The notes under the pieces were generated by a model. It was not told where the DNA came from and did not search any database. It worked only from the letters and a program-made list of their open reading frames with translations. A DNA stretch of 64,000 nt from Eledone cirrhosa (taxonomy: Eukaryota): contig OZ024742.1 in NCBI GenBank assembly GCA_964016885.1, positions 65,906,001-65,970,000 of the forward strand, in the 5' to 3' direction. The first letter of the stretch is position 1, and every line of letters starts with the position of its first letter. This document shows positions 51,987-64,000 of this stretch, piece after piece. A program made the position numbers and the translations under genes.

Positions 51987-53924
51987 TATTCTATTAGATT
52001 ACTCTATCATACTCTGAATTTGCATTGAGTTCTTTACCATCAAATGCAGAGATACGCATACTCTGGAATTATCTAATATATATTAATATATTCTCTTCGA
52101 GTATGTCACGAAATATAAGGCTCTTCCATGTATGTGAATTGCAAAACACAATACCCACTGGTTTATTGTGTGCGATACTCTTATCTTCTTTCATTTTCAC
52201 TTGTTTGATTGCTTCTGATTATTAAAAATTCCTCCTCTGTATTCTTTCTAAGTTTTATTATGACAGCAATATTAAAGATTTACTTAAACATTTCAAATAT
52301 AAATGAACATTCTTTAAACAGTTTTATACTTCTAGTCTTTCTGTCTACGATTCAATCTTCATATAGTCTCACCAATTGATAGAAGATTATTTTACTCTTC
52401 CATGATATTAATGTATTTCATATAATTGTGTAGTATCTGTTCCACTACTTTCAGATAGCCACCGTCACACCGGAGTCAAACTATGCCTCTGTTGATTAAA
52501 ATAATCAATCTTTGAACATCATAGACTAACAAACCAAAACTTATAAACACGTTACAGAATAAACCACCAGTACTTACATCTCATATGACAAGAGGATAAT
52601 AAATATTTTCATAGTAAATCAGCAGCAATTAAGTTGCTTCATCCCTAACTGACAGAATCCAATATCACACTAAAATTGCGCTATGGTTATGATTGACGCA
52701 ATCTCAGAATATAAATTATAATTAACTAGAATATGAACAGTCAATGTTTTTATAATATAAATGTATATATGCGTATGCATGTCTACCTTCATGTACATCT
52801 TCTTATGTTTGTCTATGTAAAATTTTACAGTGGGAATTACATTCTCTAAGTCTTAAACTGATCTAAAACTGTATTTCTCTGCCGTATGAATGAGCTATTG
52901 TATTTAAAAATAGAAAACGTCAAGGAACCGGAGATATGTAGCTACTTACCTACTTAATTATCTGAGGAATATTATTACCATCTGTTGTACAAACTTGAAA
53001 TCAAAAAGAATATATTGGAATTTGCAAACTTCTTCATCAATGTACACAAAGAAAACAATAAGCCAGACTCCTTACTCGGCTCTTTAGTTGGTGAACTAAG
53101 CACCTACAGAACGATACCATAATACTCAACGTGCGCCAAATATATAAAAGAACATTAAGTATAATTTAAAAGAAGCTGTATTACATGCAATAAAGTTCGA
53201 AATGGAACATAATTTGTAAAATTAGAAGTACACGCCTACAAGCAGGTTTCTATGTGCCGAGTTGACGTGGAAAAAATATCAACCAAATGTCCCATCAAAT
53301 CATAAATTACTGGGTATTTTATTCCAACATGACGAGTTAGCAGGGGGGGGGGGGGATAGTGAAAGAGATTCTCGCATTTATTAGAGTTCTTTTTGCGTTT
53401 TGATGATGGTTGCAATTCGATTTCGAGTAATGCTATCGCCTGCATGAGCAGCTCGGCTTTTTAGTACTGCTAAGGACTTGTCTACACCAAAGGAAGACGC
53501 AGGTTATATATCAGTCTGACATTCCTCTAGAGAGATGCTTTGATGAAGATTAGGGGTCTCTCACTCCACTGTCCCCCTAAAAAAATATTATTGGATGGCC
53601 GTTAACTCCCCTGAGTACCTCCGCTCTTTGACATACATCCACGCGTGTATTTGTGTGAACGTACATATAGCAAAATACCCAAATAGTTATGTGTATGTCA
53701 GTTTTTCACTACATAATTTGCTGTTAATAACCACCCGCTCGCCATATCGTTTCCTTCGCAAATATCATAACCGGTATTATTTAATCGATAATGACGAATA
53801 AAACTGTCTAGATTGACAATATCTAATTTACTACTTGAATATATAACTACTATATATATATATGTGTATATATATATGTATATATATATGTATATGTGTG
53901 TATATGTGTGTATGTGTGTGTGTA

Positions 53925-54060
53925 AAAGGAAAACGGTAACAACAAAGCAAGGGAGACAGTATAATGAAGAAACATATTAGTTTAAAGCTTAATAGAGTAG
54001 AAAAAAATATTTACGTTTCGGACACTAGTCTGTTATTAGATAGAATTGGAAATACAATAT
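53925..54060 (-). mobile_element. F4 copy, decayed hammerhead
   Basis: Minus strand CTAATAACAGACTAGTGTCCGAAACGTAAA. Confidence 0.5.
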
Positions 54061-54203
54061 TTAATACAAGATAGAGGGGGAGAAGGGGAATGAACAGGAA
54101 ACAGAGAGAGAGTGGGGGGGGGGGGGAAATCAGAATCATACCAGTTTTAAACTTGTAAGACCATTTACCATTTGTTCACATACATACACACACACATATA
54201 TAT

Positions 54204-54277
<74 letters not shown>

Positions 54278-54402
54278 CTTAATTTAATATTGAAAGTTAA
54301 GGATAACAAACTATATTGCTATAGTTAGTATTTTTCCACCTAGCAAATTTTAGTCCTCACGATTCGAACACATGTTTTAGTCTTCATCTCTCTTGTTTAT
54401 TC

Positions 54403-54473
<71 letters not shown>

Positions 54474-54604
54474 AATATATATATATTTATCCCAGGTTCA
54501 ATCGGGGGGTAACCACAGTAAGTAAGGCATTCAATACATAGCAGAGTATATAAGTTTAATATAGAAATGGCTTCTACAGACTTCATTTGGGATAAATCAT
54601 CATA

Positions 54605-54641
<37 letters not shown>

Positions 54642-56037
54642 CACACACATAGACATTCCCATACATAAACATACACACATTCACATACAATGTTTCCACT
54701 ACAGACATCTTCATATTCATCAGCTCTCAAACAAACAAAATGGTTTCGTACGATTTAATTGAGAGTACCATTTTAAAATGGTGAATTGTCCAAAAGAAAA
54801 ATAAATCTACTTGTATGGTGTGCATGTGATAAAACACACAGAACAGGTAGAAGGATCAAAGAAGAAAATGAAAAAGGAAATAACCTCAAGCGGTGGTGTC
54901 TCTCCCAAGTAGAAGGTTAATCATTGCTTTGATAAACTTAAAGAAATAAAAATATTTGTCTCTGATCTACAAAAGCGAGGGCATATTTGAATGCATAGAA
55001 AAATAAGAAAACTCATCTCTAGAAAAGCTGTTAAGACAGGCAAATGCTGTCAATAACATCAATCGACATTCCTCAGCGGACAAAGACCAGCGGTCGACAG
55101 TTTGCATACAGCTTTCGAGATCCTGATAGTCAGTCTCTACGACTGCATGGCGCAGGAGAACATTGGCGACTCAGTTCATTACCAATGATTGGTAATATGC
55201 GAATAAGATTATGTGAAATTTGTATTCCAAAACATAGTTTGCGATTATACCAACCACTGTACTATTGCTATAGTGTTCACTGTTTAATTTTCTTTTCTGA
55301 AAAATGAGTCAATAACGACAATGAGTAATCGATAGATATTAATTTCCTTTATTTTTATTTGTTTTGAGAAATACATCAAAAGTTTCCTTTCTTATATAAA
55401 TAAAAAAATAAAAAACTGGAAAACGTTCATGAAAATGTAATTGTTTTGATATGAAATCGTGTATTGAAACAATAAAACATTGTGTAGTATCTTCAAGGGA
55501 TTCTTTTTTAATTATAACACACACACAGGTTACATTTCACCTCTTTAATAATTTTGTGCGGTTTGCTAAGAATATAGTGCATGATTAAATTAGTTAATAA
55601 TGAAGTGATGTGTAATCAATGTTTTATTTATTATTGGCGTAGTGACCTTTCAAGTATTTACACACACACTCACATACATATATACACACATATATACACT
55701 CACACACAAACCCATACGCACACTCATATATATATATGTGTATGTATGTAAAAGGTAAGCAGAAATAACAACACAATCGGGACAATATATATATATATGT
55801 ATATATATATTGAACAATGAAAACGCAAAGACGAGGTTTGGAGTTTAATTAGTTCATTGGTTTACGATCGTTCAAAAATTTAATTACCAGTATCGGGATT
55901 TTTACACAAATCTATACCCTACATCTCCTCATGTATCGAATACTCACATGGTTGGTAGTTTGCTCGGTCTCAGCAACGCAGACACTAGACATATATAGTT
56001 TGCACTTCCTTTGTGAATCATTTATATAAACACACAC

Positions 56038-56251
<214 letters not shown>

Positions 56252-56337
56252 ACACACACACACACACACACACACGCGCACGCGCGCCCGGACACACACA
56301 CACACATACACACACACATATATATATATATATATGT

Positions 56338-56570
56338 TAAGTATTTCCGTAGGAAAAGGTAAACGAAAGAAGAATGCTCTATGAGTACAGAGCTATTTAA
56401 TTACATAATAAACAACACAATATAATTATTCCATTACCAACGGTTTCAAGAAACTATACGATCCTTACAGAAAAGCCCAGACCGTTCATCAGATAAAATG
56501 GGCTGGATGTTTCTGTAAGGACCGTCTAGTTTCTTGAAACCTTTGGTAATGAAATAATTATATTCTGTTG
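56338..56570 (-). mobile_element. F3 fold-back copy with minus-strand hammerhead 56428-56499
   Basis: Minus: ATTTTAT-CTGATGA-...-GAAACC-gtt-GGTA-ATGGAAT; arms about 56414-56473 and 56510-56569. Confidence 0.78.
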
Positions 56571-56656
56571 ATGAATGGACTTGTTATTTTTATCTAAAGA
56601 CATTTTTTCCAATTCCAATCCACCCGTCCCCTCAATCTATCTTATTTCTCATTCTT

Positions 56657-56692
56657 TCTTCTGATGAAGGACTATCGTCCGAAACGCCAAGA
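56657..56692 (+). ncRNA. F4 minimal hammerhead with mutated triplet (GCC)
   Basis: TCTT-CTGATGA-aGGACtatcGTCC-GAAAC-GCC-AAGA. Confidence 0.65.
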
Positions 56693-56768
56693 GCCTCTTC
56701 CTTATATTTCATGCGTTAACCTAATATATTCCTTCCATATACTCTACTGTGTTGTTATTTCTGTTTAC

Positions 56769-56853
<85 letters not shown>

Positions 56854-56856
56854 GCG

Positions 56857-56889
<33 letters not shown>

Positions 56890-56927
56890 CATATATATAT
56901 ATATATAACATATATATATATATATAT

Positions 56928-56994
<67 letters not shown>

Positions 56995-58713
56995 ATAAAT
57001 GATTCACAAAGGAAGAGCAACGTTTACACATACTGTTTAAGAATACCTTAAACCTACCGATTATATTATTGTTGTTTTCTGCAACGACTCTCTGCCTAAC
57101 TTTATAGTTAATATGTCAATCTGTCAATGCTTTTACAGAATTCGTTGTAAAATATTCACAATGCACCACCTCAATAGAGATGATAGACATATTCTTGTAT
57201 TCTTGTTATTAAAAATTGTTCGATTTTTATTAAATCAACTTAGTCATGTCCTAGGATTTGGCGACAAAATATTTATTCAAATTTCAGGGGTTTTATGAAA
57301 GCCTCTAACAAAATAGGTAATGTCATGTTTCTTTAACTGTACTCTGAAAGTCACGATTCCAATAACTTCCAGTCCCTGAACAGATATATATTTTTGTGTT
57401 ATTTCCTGCGTTTCTATGGTAACATAGATTTCGCTGATATTTCTTATTTATCCCTGTCCAGAAATATTTTCCTATCATTTCTATTTTACTGATTGCTAAC
57501 ATATGGGGTATAATAATATCATTGATTTAACATAACTCCATGGTATATAAAGCAGAGATATCTCTATGATATAATTTAATTCTACTTTTTTATAATATAA
57601 GAACGTCTATGATATAGCGTAACTCATTTATATGACACACCGCAACAAAGAAATCACAACATATTTCTACTTTATTAACAGATGTTACGGGACGAACAGG
57701 TCAATCTGACGATGGGTGTTCCAGCTGTTGAGACAACAGAAGTGCTTGCTCCTGAAATAGATGTTCAGGTTTCTGCGAATTCGACAGACGTGTGTACGTG
57801 GCAATGCTAGTCATTTGAATTTCTGGTACAGTAAATCCAAGTAGAGATTCCAAGTAAGTATCAACTACCCACTTCACTCACATGACTAGGACAGTCCAAA
57901 ACGATGGTAAATGACATTTGTTAAAAACGCCACCCATTGAGATCGAACCTATGATATCATGATTGTTGCGTCCGTGAAGAGTAATATTAGATATACCATC
58001 CTACCACTCTATCATATGGCATACAAATATCTAAGATGTAATATAATTCCACTTTATTGTCGTATGTTATAACTATATATATGATAAACATAATTTCAAT
58101 TTCCTATTATAAGGTAAATCATTATCTGTTATAATATACTTCCAATTTACTATCCTGTTATAATAATATCTGTGATAAAACTACTTCCCTTATATTAACA
58201 TATTGTATGCAGCATTTCTACGATAACACAAGTTTCCTTCTACTATCTATGGTGTAGCAATATCTAGATTCTATTTTGCACTGTTTTCTCACATCTAATA
58301 TCATATGATCAGTTTATACAGAGCATGTCCACATGCTCTGGTTACAATCATTTCATATAACAGAATCTTGCTGATACCAATTTCATGCATCTTAAATATA
58401 AATTTCGTTCTATTCTACCCAAGTAATGTTTTCTCAAAACTCTAGTGTCATCAATTATAGGCATTTTGATCCTTCTTACTACAATCACGTGTAAAATGGT
58501 CGACATGCTCAGCTACTCTCTAGTAGACTTCTTTCGGTCTGTCGGTTTATCCATCTGTCTCTCTCTATCTTTTACTCCAACTCTATTTCTTATATCTTAA
58601 TATTGAACACATTTCCCAAAACAGTCATTACAATTCAGCCGATTTTTAGCAATAAAGAATTACTAAGAATCCGAACAGTTACAAATATTGTGGTCTGAAA
58701 TTAATTGTAACAT

Positions 58714-58870
58714 ATACAGCGTGTGACCAGACTTAATCGTTTCTTGAATTATTTAAGAGTTTACCGACAGTTGTTTCTTCTTCTTCTTCTTCTTCTTCTT
58801 CTTCTTCTTCTTCTTCTTCTTCTTCTTCTTTCACCCACTTAATTCCAGAGAGGGACAGAACCCTCAAACA
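58714..58870. repeat. Dispersed repeat with (TTC)n core, partner of 35920-36080
   Basis: Reverse-complement match. Confidence 0.85.
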
Positions 58871-59694
58871 AGCCTTTCAGAGTGTCCTGATTCATTTTAT
58901 TATTCCACGTTTTAATCTTTTACTCTTTTACGTCATCACACAATTACCTAATCCTTTCGGCTTTCCTTTCGTCGATGAATTAAAATTGCTTGGCAAAACA
59001 GTATCAAATATAAGTCGGGGATTGATGGCATATATTGCAGGAGACAAATGTATAATCAATTGATTGACAATGCTCTCTGTCTACTGACATGTTTTACATG
59101 GATATGTCACTAATATTTGGGTCTGTGATATATGTCGGTTTAATGTCCACGTACATCACTGCTGAAATAGGCAATCAAGGAGGACCAAGCTGGATTTTTG
59201 ATCTGCTAACAATAGAAAACAAGACACCCTCAAATTAAACAAAACCACTTTAAAAAATAAACACATATCAGATCAGGTGACGTTGTCCTAGTTACAGTGT
59301 GTCTGCATAGAAGACGGGATAGGCACAACTGGAATATTTTCTCCATCAGTCCTGATGTGGAAATTATGTAAAAATAACATCAATAACAGCATGGAGATCA
59401 TGATGATGAAACGAAGAAGAATGGGTGGAGGATGAAAAGAAGAAGATGGATAAGAAAGGGGATGTGAGTAGAAGAAAAAGAAGAAGAACAACCACTACAA
59501 CAGCAACAATAATAAGCTCTACGTAACGGAGTACTTCGAGAGTTTGTTCTATGGTTTAAACGTAGTTTTACATGAAGACCGGCATCTCTATGCAGCGAGC
59601 CACAGAGGGCACCACTATGTTGTAAGAAATGGCAGCAAGATATCCCTCAAATTATACTTTACCAATATTTAATAAGTGAATGGCGTACTAGATA

Positions 59695-59878
59695 ATTGCT
59701 TCTACTTTAGGCACAAGGCCAGCAAATTCACCAGTGCATTACTGGTACTTTATTTTATCGACCCCGTAAGGATGAAAGGCAAAGTCAACCTCAGCGGGAT
59801 TTGAACTCGGATCGTAAAGGGACGTAACTATGCTGGAAAGCATGGCGTCCGACCCTCTACCGATACTGCCAATCCACC
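59695..59878 (-). mobile_element. tRNA-SINE copy with TSD CTAGATAAT
   Basis: Near-identical to 12718-12902. Confidence 0.9.
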
Positions 59879-60083
59879 TAGATAATGAAATCCTATGTAC
59901 ACCCTCCATTGCAGATGGAATTAAAGCTGATGGCCACGACCGGAATGTCTGATTAATTGACGGTAACAACAAAAACATGGGATTTTATACATTTCTCCAG
60001 AAAGGGTAGTAAATATGTAAAGGCACTCACACACACATACACACACACACATACACCCACACACACACGCACCCCACACACCC

Positions 60084-60129
<46 letters not shown>

Positions 60130-60249
60130 ACACATAAATATCTAGTGAAATAATTTGTAGGTAGTTCATAAATGGACTGCACGTGCAACTTGCTCACTAG
60201 ACGTGCACTTTTTGGTACTGTGAAGCCCAACTTTTCAGGGTTTTTTCTG

Positions 60250-60853
60250 AGAGTTACGCCCGCTTATGGTCTGAGTTCAAATCCCGTCGAGGTTCACTTT
60301 GCCTTTCCTCCTTACGAGCTCGATAAAATAAAGTACCAGTAATGTACTGCATTATTGCTGGTCTTGTGCCAAAAGTAGAAACAATTATTTGTAAGGATTT
60401 CGCACTTTCATAATTTTCTTGAATAAGGGCGGTGGATTGGCAGTATCAGTAGAGGGTCGGACGCCATGCTTTCCAGCATAGTTACGTCCCTTTACGGTCT
60501 GAGTTCAAATCCCGCCGAGGTTAACTTTGCCTTTCATCCTTACGGGGTCGATAAAATAAAGTAGTAGTAATGTACTGGGTAATTGATGGTCTTGTGCCAA
60601 AAGTGGAAACAATTATTTTCTTGAATCATGTTTATGTTATTTTTATGTTTGACAAACTTTGTTTGTTAGCGCTTGGCAGTATCGGTAGAAGGTCGGACGC
60701 CATGCTTTCCAGCATAGTTACGTCCCTTTACGATCTGAGTTCAAATCCCACCAAGGTTGACTTTGCCTTTCATCCTTACGGGGTCGATAAAATAAAGTAC
60801 CAGTAATGCACTGGGTAATTTGCTGGCCTTGTGCCTAAAGTAGAAACAATTAT
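60250..60853 (+). mobile_element. Three same-orientation tRNA-SINE copies (60250-60389, 60427-60616, 60673-60853)
   Basis: Homology to 12718-12902; middle copy flanked by TTTTCTTGAAT. Confidence 0.9.
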
Positions 60854-61988
60854 TTAGCTCTGAAACAAATTCGGACTGGTGAAGTTCGACCCAGTGTAGG
60901 TTCATTCTCTTTATATAGCATACAGAGTGATATTTTTTGCTATTTATAACAACTAAATAGTTGGATGTTGAATTCGTAACTCCTAGAAAACTGCAGTTTA
61001 CATTTTTGGTTACTTCTGTAACTACAATAAAAAATATACTTTTTAATTTTATCGTTGGTTTACCTCTTAAATTCATTATTGTTTATGTTGTCGTGTTCAG
61101 TCACATTATATGTAGGAAATACTTGTTAAGTGAATTCGATATTAAGACGGATGTCTCTTCGATTTTGAATAAAAGGTGATTTCAGTGAATATCATAAGGA
61201 GAATATCCAGTTATTTAACAAGGCTGAAATTTGTGGCATTACTGTTGGAGATATTATTCATCTTAAATTTAATGAATAGCCTTCCACGTCATATGTGTGA
61301 CGGCTTGAGTCGAAGGTTATGTATGTAAGTTCTTCTGGTTTCATTTTATAAATTTTTACGAATAAAGAGAAAGCCGGCTTCTGACATAAACACAAGACTC
61401 ATTGGAATTTAGACAGCATATATATGTGTGTATATGTATACATTTATATGTTTATTTTCACATGAAAGCACACATACACATACATACACACTAGCTCTCT
61501 CTCTCACACTTACACACATATACACACATATCCTAGAAGGAATGACACGTGTAAAGTAAAACAACGTATTTCATACATGCTGTCCCCGAAATAGGATATA
61601 TGATCCTACATACACATCTAACCTTCAATATCACCTGATAAGATAAACTGTAAAATTAAATTATTTCTTTTTATAAAAACCATTGCAGCCAAAATTTTCT
61701 CAAATCTTTGATAGACATGGGGAATTAAAACCATTTGTATTTGAATAAATAAACATACTACTAATATATTTTCCTAACCACTTCTTATATATATATATTT
61801 CTATGATTCTGGCTATCCATATATGTATTCAGAATTTCCCCCGCACTTTCTCAACAAACACAATCGATCAAAGTTAGTTAAAATAAGCAAATATATACCA
61901 TGACTCCTTTCTCCGTATGTATGTAAAACACACACACAAACAAACTCACACATGCATATATATATATATATTTCTCTCTCTCTCTCGC

Positions 61989-62080
<92 letters not shown>

Positions 62081-62459
62081 GGCGATGAATTAAGAGAAGC
62101 GAAAACCAACCAAACAGTGAGTGTGTTCTGTTATTAATTCTGGCAATATTACGCAAATATGACTCTCCCCAAATATAACAATATATATATATGTATATAT
62201 ATATATATATGTATATATATATTATATATATATATGTATATTATTGTTTGTATCTGAGACTGAGAGTCTGTGTGCATCAATATGTAAATCCATATCCTTA
62301 GATGATTTATATAAAAATGAACTGGTATATTTGCTTTTTTTTAGGAAAATTCTTCAAAATCTTGTATTTAATTCTATTTACTCAATGTTAAAACGATATA
62401 TCTGCGGTATGTTTTCTGAAAAATAACACCTGTTGGTGAATGACGTAACGCCTTGATAT

Positions 62460-62589
62460 AGTAACAACTAAACAACAAAAAACAACAGCTACAACTGAAT
62501 CAATAGTACTATAACAACAACAGCGACGACGACGATGACAACAACAACAACAACAGCCCAACAACCACAGCAACAACAACTACTACTAC

Positions 62590-62621
<32 letters not shown>

Positions 62622-62649
62622 ATGATGATGATGGTGATGATGGTGATGA

Positions 62650-62714
<65 letters not shown>

Positions 62715-62725
62715 TTATTATTATT
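62460..62725. repeat. Compound trinucleotide microsatellite (CAA/CTA/CTG/ATG)
   Basis: Directly visible. Confidence 0.95.
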
Positions 62726-63125
62726 GCATGTACAACCCTCTAAAACTACTGACTATACTGTGGCGTGTGCCTCTATGTATGCAGTATGCCTACACATAGT
62801 ACATACACTTCCTCACTGTTTAACAACCCATATATTCCACTCTACTTATTTAAAAATCCCTATATTTTACCTGATCTTATTTGATACTAATTACTATTTT
62901 ATTTAACCATTGCCCATTTACACCTATATAACCCACATTTTACTGTTATTTCTTTACTTGAAAAATACTCCTTCAGCTTATAAGCCATATCTATAAATAG
63001 CCTTACCTTGCCACACTCTATTCCTATGACCATTATTTATACACCATCGGAAAGGCTTGTTGAACACACAAACTGAAACCGGTTGGCGCCGCGGTCAGGA
63101 TTTTACATATCTCCCTCCATATATA

Positions 63126-63398
63126 TAGTAATAGTAAATACAAAGACCAAAATCCAGAGAGGATTCGATAGAGTTGAACATATATGAGTATATATAAACT
63201 CGTAGAACAAATATTTATTATTAGCACAAATTAAAAATTTAAACAAATAACTCCTCCTTTCTCCCTAAACGGGATCAACTGAAAGTGAAAAATATCAATA
63301 TGCGTCCATAGATTAATATTTCTCTATTTCTGATGATCCTGGGTTAAAGCAGAAATCATTTGCTTAAACTTTTAAATTGTGCGCTAATATCTATCTAA
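63126..63398. mobile_element. Diverged F2 copy with decayed arms and a CTGATGA in the spacer
   Basis: Tail homologous to 22132-22227; ATTAGCACAAATTAAAAATTTAAACAAAT roughly inverts ATTTGCTTAAACTTTTAAATTGTGCGCTAAT. Confidence 0.6.
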
Positions 63399-63429
63399 AA
63401 ACACAACTACCACGACGACGACCGCCACC

Positions 63430-63506
<77 letters not shown>

Positions 63507-63822
63507 CATTCTCTCTATATAAGATTCCATTTTAGATCCACTCTTCTTTTCAACAAGAAGATGAACAAACCTGCCTCAACACTGAATTTTAAATCTTTTA
63601 AATTTTTTATTCTTTTTAATTGTAATAGTCAACATTTGATAAGATGGATTCCATTGATACATCGAACGAAACCGGTTATATTTAATATATTTTATATACA
63701 TTATAAAACTCGTTTCTTAAAATAATTATCCCTCTCATTTTTTCAATAATGTCACTTTGACGAATCAAAGAATGAAAAAAGAAAAATAGATCCTTAGATA
63801 TATTTTCCGTGCTATATCCATT

Positions 63823-63949
<127 letters not shown>

Positions 63950-64000
63950 TATATAATACAAGCATGAATAAATTTGATAGATTGATGGAAAGCTATGAAC

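Noticed and set aside
54720-55310. More complex sequence with an 87-aa ORF
   Set aside because: No recognisable domain, and stops interrupt the longer frames
57682-57853. Possible exon (acceptor TTAACAG, donor GTAAGT) and CTGACGA at about 57706
   Set aside because: All three frames contain stops; no GAAA or stems in hammerhead arrangement
62535-62906. PolyT/Q/L/M ORF resembling a signal peptide protein
   Set aside because: Compound trinucleotide microsatellite

Overview
Eukaryotic, AT-rich, microsatellite-saturated, gene-poor DNA. The SINE families and the (TA)n/(CA)n/(AAT)n load suggest an octopus or other coleoid genome (inference). I found no convincing host protein-coding gene; almost all ORFs after 11 kb are microsatellite translations or decayed transposon fragments. 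1-10.9 kb is a tightly packed array of non-LTR retrotransposons separated only by (AAT)n. It holds three minus-strand Tx1/L1-like copies and two plus-strand R4/Dong-type 3' fragments. The two full-span Tx1 copies keep the endonuclease, lack the RT core, and have near-identical 5' parts but divergent 3' parts. 11-64 kb holds tRNA-derived SINEs and remnants of RTE, CR1, Dong, Tx1, Penelope, mariner, hAT-like and Helitron-like elements. The most striking signal is a dense set of short (150-450 bp) non-coding elements sitting in (TA)n tracts. They carry minimal type I hammerhead ribozymes (8 essentially intact cores plus several decayed ones) and often a fold-back palindrome with a one-sided tail, several folding back at hammerhead stem II. 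One is a 442-nt-period tandem hammerhead pair with retrozyme/circRNA-like architecture. There is also a candidate Pol II promoter at about 50.1-50.3 kb. All structures were read by eye and coordinates may be off by a few bases.
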